This document shows positions 56,235 through 64,000 of a DNA stretch of 64,000 nucleotides, in pieces. The stretch covers positions 5,137 through 69,136 of the forward strand of contig NZ_JBGVLF010000041.1 in the NCBI RefSeq assembly GCF_045124115.1, in the 5' to 3' direction. The notes below the pieces were generated by a model. It saw only the letters and a list, made by a program, of their open reading frames with translations, had not been told where the DNA came from and ran no database searches. The translations under genes and the position numbers were made by a program. Origin of the DNA: Phascolarctobacterium sp. (GTDB lineage Bacteria; Bacillota; Negativicutes; Acidaminococcales; Acidaminococcaceae). The number at the start of each line of letters is the position of its first letter. Position 1 is the stretch's first letter.

Positions 56235-56450
56235 ATGGGAACAATCTTTGTCAAATATAATCAGAAAGAAAATATTTGGGAAGTTTATGGACCGGATGAT
56301 AGGTGGGTTGATTCTGTAAAAGAAAAAAGATACGCATTAGTAGAAGCTAATAAGATAAAAAATAGCAATCAGTTATGCCAAATATTAGTGATTGACGAAG
56401 TTGGCGAAATTCATACATGTGGTGCTGACAAAAAAGATGATTTGAAATAG
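56235..56450 (+). CDS. Small hypothetical protein, possibly DUF2188-like
   Basis: 71 aa. AAGGAG RBS lies upstream. W.V.G......KE.A...A pattern, by eye only. Confidence 0.35.
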   Translation: MGTIFVKYNQKENIWEVYGPDDRWVDSVKEKRYALVEANKIKNSNQLCQILVIDEVGEIHTCGADKKDDLK

Positions 56451-56452
56451 GT

Positions 56453-57256
56453 ATGGTGCGAATGGAAAAATATGAGTTTAGAGAAGGATTAGTTTCTATT
56501 ATTATGCCGGCATATAATGCTAGTAAATATATTGAAGTAGCAATACGAAGTGTTCTCGAACAATCATTTGAAAATTGGGAGTTATTGGTTATCAATGATT
56601 GTTCTACAGATAATACTGCGGAGTTGGTAAAGAAATATGAAGCACTTGATTCTAGGATTAGACTAGTTAATTTTGAGACTAATCAAGGCGTTGCATCTGC
56701 TAGAAATCATGGCCTGAATATTGCTGCCGGCGAGTATGTTGCGTTTCTTGATAGTGATGATGTATGGGAGAAAAATAAGCTAGAAAAACAGATTTCTTTT
56801 ATAAAAATCCAGAAGGCTGATATGGTATGCACTGCGTACTCCATGATTAATGGCTCTGGTGACATTATAAAAAATAGAAGCGTACCTAAGGTGTTGACTT
56901 ATGATGACCTGTTAAAGGAGAACGTCGTGATTTTTTCATCAACGCTTTTTTTACATAATGCTATAGAAAACTTAAAGTTTAGTAAAGAATGGTTTCATGA
57001 AGATTATATTTTCCTGCTAGATTTTCTTAGAAGTAATCACAGCATTGCTGGGCTAAATGATGTGTTAATGAAATACCGTATTCAGAATCAAGGGCGATCT
57101 TTTAATAAGATAAATGCTGCGAAAAATAGATGGCTTATATACAGACGTTATCTGAAACTTGGTATTATAAAAAGCTTATGGTATTTTAGTTCTTACACTG
57201 TTCGTGGCATTATTAAATATAAAATAGTTTTATGGAGTTATAGTACTTTTCTGTAG
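56453..57256 (+). CDS. Family 2 glycosyltransferase
   Basis: VSIIMPAYNASKYI, NDCSTDNT, AFLDSDD. Confidence 0.87.
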   Translation: MVRMEKYEFREGLVSIIMPAYNASKYIEVAIRSVLEQSFENWELLVINDCSTDNTAELVKKYEALDSRIRLVNFETNQGVASARNHGLNIAAGEYVAFLDSDDVWEKNKLEKQISFIKIQKADMVCTAYSMINGSGDIIKNRSVPKVLTYDDLLKENVVIFSSTLFLHNAIENLKFSKEWFHEDYIFLLDFLRSNHSIAGLNDVLMKYRIQNQGRSFNKINAAKNRWLIYRRYLKLGIIKSLWYFSSYTVRGIIKYKIVLWSYSTFL

Positions 57257-57264
57257 GTGATAAT

Positions 57265-58359
57265 ATGAACAATCAGAAAAAAGTAGGAGTGATTTGCTTT
57301 AATGAGCGAGGGCTCGTACCATTTGTTGAAAATTATATCCAAGCTTTAGAAAGACATGATATTGATTATGAGTGTATTTTTTGGGATAGATATACTAATG
57401 CCGAAACTGAGAAAAAAGGAAACATATATACTCTTCATGCAGTGTGCAAGCCGGGAGGAAGTAAGCTTAGCAAGGTTTTGCCAATGTTTAAATATAAATG
57501 GATAGTTGAACGGATAATAAAAAAGGAAAAATACACGCATTTAATTATATTGACAACACAACCTGGATTTTTGCTTCATGGTTTACTTTGTAAGAATTAC
57601 AGCGGTAAATATATTTTTGACTATAGAGACTACACTTATGAACGATTTGAGTATTATAAAAATATAGTTAATGATTTGATAGATCAATCCTATTTTACAG
57701 CGGTATCTTCAAAAGGTTTTCTTAGATTTCTTGAACCGCATCAGAAAATGTATTTTTGTCATAATGTTACTAACCTAGAGAGCATTGTGTCAAACAAAAT
57801 AGATATAAAAGGAAAAGATAACATTACCATAGGATTTGTTGGTGGAGTAAGGTATTTCAGCGAGAACGCAAAATTCTTGCAATCTTTAGCTAACATAAAC
57901 AGATATACACTAACCTATGTCGGAAGACAAAATATTGATTGCGATTTGAAAAGTTATTGCAAGGAAAAGAAAATACTAAATACCATTTTTAAGGGGTCTT
58001 TTGATAATAACGAAAAACCTCGAATATATCAAACTATAGATATGATTAATTCAATCTATGGTAATCAAAGCCTTGAAGTAACTACCGCGTTACCTAACAG
58101 ACTTTATGATGCATTAATTTATAAAAAACCAATAATTACTTCTGCAGGAACCTATTTAGGTAAAATAGTTGTAGAAAACAAAGTTGGTATTAGTGTTGAT
58201 TTAGATAAAGATGATATACATGCTGTTATAGAGGATTATGTAAATAATTTTGATGCAAATATATTTAATGAAAATGCTGAGCGTTTGTTAAAACAGGTTC
58301 TTGATGAGCAACAGATGTATATCAACAAAATTGAAGAGTTCGTGAATTTAGAGGACTAA
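57265..58359 (+). CDS. Putative GT-B-fold glycosyltransferase / capsule biosynthesis protein
   Basis: 364 aa in locus context. The C-terminal half resembles the GT4 nucleotide-sugar-binding region. Weak call. Confidence 0.5.
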   Translation: MNNQKKVGVICFNERGLVPFVENYIQALERHDIDYECIFWDRYTNAETEKKGNIYTLHAVCKPGGSKLSKVLPMFKYKWIVERIIKKEKYTHLIILTTQPGFLLHGLLCKNYSGKYIFDYRDYTYERFEYYKNIVNDLIDQSYFTAVSSKGFLRFLEPHQKMYFCHNVTNLESIVSNKIDIKGKDNITIGFVGGVRYFSENAKFLQSLANINRYTLTYVGRQNIDCDLKSYCKEKKILNTIFKGSFDNNEKPRIYQTIDMINSIYGNQSLEVTTALPNRLYDALIYKKPIITSAGTYLGKIVVENKVGISVDLDKDDIHAVIEDYVNNFDANIFNENAERLLKQVLDEQQMYINKIEEFVNLED

Positions 58360-58365
58360 GTTGAT

Positions 58366-59460
58366 ATGAAAAAAATCTTACTTGTTTTTGGTACACGACC
58401 TGAAGCTATCAAGATGTGCCCCTTGGTAAACGAACTAAAGAAGCATAGTTGTTTTGCAGTCAAAGTGTGTGTTACTGGGCAACATAGGCAGATGTTGGAT
58501 CAAGTGCTAGAGGCTTTTGTTGTGCAACCAGATTATGACCTTGCCATTATGAAGGAACGTCAGACGTTATTTGATGTTACTACAGAGGTACTGAATAAGC
58601 TAAAGTCTATTTTGGAAGCGGAGAAACCTGATATTGTGCTTGTGCATGGAGATACGACTACTACTTTTGCTGCATCTTTAGCGTGTTTTTATTTGAATAT
58701 TGCTGTGGGGCATGTTGAAGCTGGTTTGCGCACTTATAATGTGGCTTCACCTTTTCCAGAAGAGTTCAATCGTCAAGCAGTTGGTATTGTAGCAAAGTAT
58801 AACTTCGCTCCTACGGAAACTGCCAAAGAGAACTTGCTAAGAGAGGGTAAGAATGCAGAGCAGATTTACGTTACCGGTAATACTGTGATTGATGCCTTAC
58901 AGACCACAGTAAAGGATTATTACCAGCATCCAGAATTGGAGTGGGCAAAGGGGAGTAGGCTTATCCTTTTGACTGCTCACAGACGTGAGAACTTGGGGGC
59001 GCCGATGCAATCTATGTTCCGCGCCATTAAGCGTATTGTTGATGAACATGAGGATGTAAAGGTTATTTACCCTATTCACATGAATCCTGTGGTACGCAGC
59101 ACTGCTGCAGAAATTTTCTGTGATGACGATAAGATCCATATTATAGAACCATTAGACGTTTTAGACTTTCATAATTTTATGGCGAGAGCACATCTTATTC
59201 TTACAGATAGTGGAGGAATACAAGAGGAAGCACCTAGTTTGGGTAAGCCAGTTCTTGTAATGCGCGATACTACTGAAAGACCGGAAGGAATTGCTGCAGG
59301 TACGTTGCGATTAGTTGGAACTAAAGAAGATGTTATATATAGAGAGTTCAAACGCTTGTTGGATGACGTACAAGCTTATGAACGAATGGCACATGCAGCT
59401 AATCCATATGGTGATGGCCATGCGTGCGAGAAAATAGCTGATATTTTGGAGAAGAGATAG
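58366..59460 (+). CDS. wecB: UDP-N-acetylglucosamine 2-epimerase (non-hydrolysing)
   Basis: FGTRPEAIKM, HVEAGLRT, DSGGIQEEAP. Confidence 0.92.
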   Translation: MKKILLVFGTRPEAIKMCPLVNELKKHSCFAVKVCVTGQHRQMLDQVLEAFVVQPDYDLAIMKERQTLFDVTTEVLNKLKSILEAEKPDIVLVHGDTTTTFAASLACFYLNIAVGHVEAGLRTYNVASPFPEEFNRQAVGIVAKYNFAPTETAKENLLREGKNAEQIYVTGNTVIDALQTTVKDYYQHPELEWAKGSRLILLTAHRRENLGAPMQSMFRAIKRIVDEHEDVKVIYPIHMNPVVRSTAAEIFCDDDKIHIIEPLDVLDFHNFMARAHLILTDSGGIQEEAPSLGKPVLVMRDTTERPEGIAAGTLRLVGTKEDVIYREFKRLLDDVQAYERMAHAANPYGDGHACEKIADILEKR

Positions 59461-59494
59461 GTATCTTTCTTGTTTTAAAACAGGAGTGAATTTG

Positions 59495-60667
<1,173 letters not shown>

Positions 60668-60669
60668 GA

Positions 60670-61737
60670 ATGAAAACATTGACCATTACCTTACATGATA
60701 CAGATAATTGCGGTTCATCCTTACAGTCTTTTGCTTTGCAGCATTTTTTATTAAGTCAAGGAATTGATAATGAATTAATAGATTACGTTCCTTCCTATAC
60801 TCAGAATAATGGTAGAGCATTTAAGACTTTTTTGAGAAAGGTTATATTTTTTAAGGCTTCTCGTGAACGAAAACAAAAATTTGCAGATTTTAAGAATCGT
60901 TTTCTTAAGCTTACTAGGAAAAAATATACTACATACGATGAATTAAAAAAAGGTGGGTTAAGTGCGGAGGTTTACATTACTGGTAGCGACCAGCTGTGGA
61001 ATAGTATGTATCTTTGCGGACAGGATCCAGCTTTTTATCTTGATTTTGTAAAAGAGGCTAAAAAGATAGGTTATGCTGTTAGTTTGGGTAGAGAAGATAT
61101 ACCTGAAGATAATCTTACAATCGTTCAAAAATATGCGCATGGTTTTTCTTGGCTCTCATTACGAGAATCTTGTGCTATTCATCAACTGAAAACTATTTTA
61201 CCAAATGTTACTATGGATTATGTTTGTGATCCCGTGCTGCTTAATGAGGTTCAGGAGTATGAGCCCATTAAATCTGATAGACTTATTAAAGATAAATATA
61301 TATTGGTATATTTGGCTCAAAAGTATGATAAGAAATCTTTGGATAAGGTTGTCGCTCATATTAAGGGAAATAAAGGTGTAAAGGTTGTATTTATTGGTAC
61401 ATACCTAAATCGCTGTACTTGTGATATCCATATTCGTGATGTTGCTCCTGGAGATTTTTTGAGCTTGATTGCTAATGCCGAATATATTATCTCTAATTCA
61501 TTCCATGCTACAGTTTTCTCAATAATGTATAATAAGCAATTTATTGCAGTTATGCCTCCTGAGAACAGCAGTCGTATAAAAGAAGTGTTGGCTGTTGCTG
61601 GTATAAAGGGACATGAATATTCTAAAGATATGAAAGTTCCATATATAAGTGAAGGTGAGTATGAGGAAGTAAATAAACGTATTGCAACTTTTAGAGAAAA
61701 GTCAAGAGAGTTATTGATGAATAATTTGGGTAAATAA
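60670..61737 (+). CDS. Polysaccharide pyruvyl transferase
   Basis: N-terminal DNCGSSLQSFALQ and GSDQLWN motifs typical of the PS_pyruv_trans family. Confidence 0.82.
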   Translation: MKTLTITLHDTDNCGSSLQSFALQHFLLSQGIDNELIDYVPSYTQNNGRAFKTFLRKVIFFKASRERKQKFADFKNRFLKLTRKKYTTYDELKKGGLSAEVYITGSDQLWNSMYLCGQDPAFYLDFVKEAKKIGYAVSLGREDIPEDNLTIVQKYAHGFSWLSLRESCAIHQLKTILPNVTMDYVCDPVLLNEVQEYEPIKSDRLIKDKYILVYLAQKYDKKSLDKVVAHIKGNKGVKVVFIGTYLNRCTCDIHIRDVAPGDFLSLIANAEYIISNSFHATVFSIMYNKQFIAVMPPENSSRIKEVLAVAGIKGHEYSKDMKVPYISEGEYEEVNKRIATFREKSRELLMNNLGK

Positions 61738-61770
61738 GTGGGGTAAAAAGTCAATTTTTGGAGAGTACGA

Positions 61771-62775
61771 ATGGATTCAATGAATAAAAACAGTTTTTTG
61801 GTTAGTATTGTTGTTCCAGTTTATAATGCTGAAAAATATATCACTAGATGTGTTGAGAGCATAGTTAATCAGACATATGTAAATATAGAAATACTACTCA
61901 TTGATGATGGTAGCACTGATAATGGCGGCTGCATTTGCGATACTCTTGCTAAAGATGATGTTAGAATAAGGGTCATTCACAAATCTAATGGTGGAGTTAG
62001 TAGTGCTAGAAACGTGGGAATAGAACTATGTACTGGTGATTTAGTGATGTTTGTAGATGCTGATGATACTATTGAAGATTGTTGTGTTGAGGAGTTATGT
62101 AAACCATTTTTTTCTAACAACAATGATATAGATATTTCCATATGTGGTTATAACGAATTTTTTCAAAAGAATAATTCTGTGAAAACATGGCTTCCAGTTG
62201 AGTTAAAAGGAGATATAAAGGTTGACTATTATGCATTAAGGAGTTATATATCTTCTCCTTGGGGAATCGCATACAGGAAATCCATAATATTAGAAAATAA
62301 AGTTCGCTTTCCTAACATGCGATTCGGAGAAGATCAATTTTTCAATTTCATGTATTTATATTGGGGTTATAGGTTTTGCTTTATAAACAAGGCTCTTTAC
62401 AATTATTGGCACCATGACAATGAAAGTCTCAGTACTAAACGAGAGTTGAAAAGCTATGAAGGTTTTCTCGAACGTCTGAAATTTGAAAAGAAACTTTTAA
62501 AAAAATTGGAAATTAAACGTGACGTAGATATATTATGTAATCATTTCGTTGTAGGATTAGCACATTTTGCTGTTCTTGATGATGCCAAAAATGATTATGA
62601 TAGTTTTAATTTTAGAGTGCAGCAAGGTATTGGAGTTTTAGATGGTAAGTTTGGAGCAGTTTCATTAAAAGCAAATGCAATGGCTTCACTGATCAAGTAC
62701 AAACTCACATTTTTAGTATATATGTTGTATGTTGGTCGGTTTTACTTAAATAAGTATTTTAGGAGTAAAGGATAA
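61771..62775 (+). CDS. Family 2 glycosyltransferase
   Basis: VSIVVPVYNAEKYI, IDDGSTDN, FVDADD. Confidence 0.87.
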   Translation: MDSMNKNSFLVSIVVPVYNAEKYITRCVESIVNQTYVNIEILLIDDGSTDNGGCICDTLAKDDVRIRVIHKSNGGVSSARNVGIELCTGDLVMFVDADDTIEDCCVEELCKPFFSNNNDIDISICGYNEFFQKNNSVKTWLPVELKGDIKVDYYALRSYISSPWGIAYRKSIILENKVRFPNMRFGEDQFFNFMYLYWGYRFCFINKALYNYWHHDNESLSTKRELKSYEGFLERLKFEKKLLKKLEIKRDVDILCNHFVVGLAHFAVLDDAKNDYDSFNFRVQQGIGVLDGKFGAVSLKANAMASLIKYKLTFLVYMLYVGRFYLNKYFRSKG

Positions 62776-62777
62776 TT

Positions 62778-64000
62778 ATGGGAATAAATAAAAGTTTTAG
62801 GGATGGATTATTTTTTCTTATATGTTTCTTTCTTCTATTTAATAATATTCCATTATCTATTCAAATAACAGCATTTGTTGGACCATTTGGTAGTAAATTA
62901 GTATGTTTTCCATTAATCATTGGCTTAATATATTCTTTGGTTATGCATTATAGATATAAAAATGTATTTGTTTCTATAAATGCCTTTAAAAAATTCTTAT
63001 ATTTTCTTTTTGGTGTTTCTTTTTTATCTTTGGTAACTGGTCTTTGGGTATTTCCCTATTATGATTTGATTTTAAAAGGTCCGCCTGAACAAATGGGTAA
63101 ATTTCTGACTCTATTGAAGTTTTCAGGAAGATATACTGACTATTTATCTGATAAACAATTACTTTCCTTTTGGATGATAGTAAAACCAATTAGAGGACTT
63201 TTTTTGAATACAATTTTTTCCTTTGGTACCGCATACTTGATTTATTGCTGGTATCACGATGACTGGAAACGTGCTTTGAATATTATTACCAAAGCGGCAC
63301 TGTGTTCTATTGGAGTAATTTTTGCATATTGTATTGTTGAAGTTAATTATCTAGCAGGCAGCCAATGGGCAACGAAGGTTTTAGAAACCATTAATCCATA
63401 TATCCACGAAGTTAGAACAGATGGTAAATGGTGCCTCCTCTATTGTGGAAGGGGCAGTTACGTTCGCTATTTGCAGAGCCATCTTATTTCGGTATGTACA
63501 GCGCATTTTGCCTTCCGTTCCTTTGGTTGCAAATCATAAAGAAAAAACACTATTTATACATATGCGTAACTGTAATCATGACATTTTTACTATTCTTAAC
63601 CAAGGCTAGAACAGGATTCATGCTTCACTTAGGAGAGCTTGTGTTGCTGTTGCTGGTAGTTCTCTTGTTGCGACAAAAAGAGAATTGGAAAGGTTTAGCA
63701 ATTATATTATGTTGCAGTGCAGTAGCGTTTGTTGGTAGCAATGTTTTTATATCCAATTATATGACACCTAAAAATAATTCTCACCAAAAGATTGTTGCCC
63801 AAAAAAGAATGACTAAAAATGTAAAAACTACTATTTCTGATAGCATGAAAAATTACGTAGAAAGTAATGCTGCTTCCTTGGCTAATCCAGATAAACGTAG
63901 TAATCGTGCTAGGTATTCCGTAATGGAAGCGGATTTCAAAATAGGTTTAGACCATCCGTTACTTGGCGTTGGCATGGGTTTACGCGATGCGTATATGCCG
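62778..64000 (+). pseudogene. Wzy-like O-antigen polymerase/ligase-family membrane protein, frame broken near 63429-63434, 3' end beyond the window
   Basis: Polytopic N-terminal part is in frame 0 (62778-~63431). The continuation is in another frame from 63428 (MVPPLLWKGQLRSLFAEPSYFG...TKARTGFM...HPLLGVGMG), open to the window end. One extra G would give ...DGKWWPPLLW... Confidence 0.6.

Overview
The 64 kb window appears to come from a diderm Firmicute (Negativicutes-like). A Firmicutes-type PolC and the conserved smc-ftsY / pyrH-frr-uppS-cdsA-dxr-rseP-ispG-proS-polC backbone sit alongside TonB-dependent receptors and type Va autotransporters. Layout: 1-11.5 kb housekeeping backbone. 11.5-15.25 kb accessory insertion between ispG and proS, carrying a candidate type I toxin/antisense-RNA module, palindromic intergenic repeats and an autotransporter interrupted at a G9 tract. 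15.3-21.5 kb proS, mgtC-family gene and a PolC with no recognisable proofreading exonuclease insert. 21.6-37.3 kb mixed accessory and metabolic genes: PD-(D/E)XK/Rpn-like gene plus a remnant, second autotransporter, ilvD, fabK, two TonB-dependent receptors (one behind a canonical cobalamin riboswitch), TetR, P1B-ATPase. 37.4-51.5 kb anaerobic cobalamin operon (cbiD-L-F-G-H-J-ET-A-B, cobD, ApgM-like gene, cobQ, cobO, cbiC) behind a structured leader with no visible B12 box. 51.6-53.2 kb DUF4143 AAA ATPase bracketed by 108-bp direct repeats. 53.3-64 kb visibly AT-rich surface-polysaccharide locus whose promoter spacer holds a G8 tract, with a KAP P-loop NTPase inserted between 23-bp direct repeats, a (GCAACG)5 in-frame repeat and a frameshifted Wzy-like gene. 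Best leads: the type I TA-like module, the two poly-G contingency loci, three insertions each bracketed by a duplication of upstream sequence, the exonuclease-less PolC, and the ApgM-like enzyme inside the B12 operon. All calls rest on manual reading of the sequence and ORF track; no database search was run.
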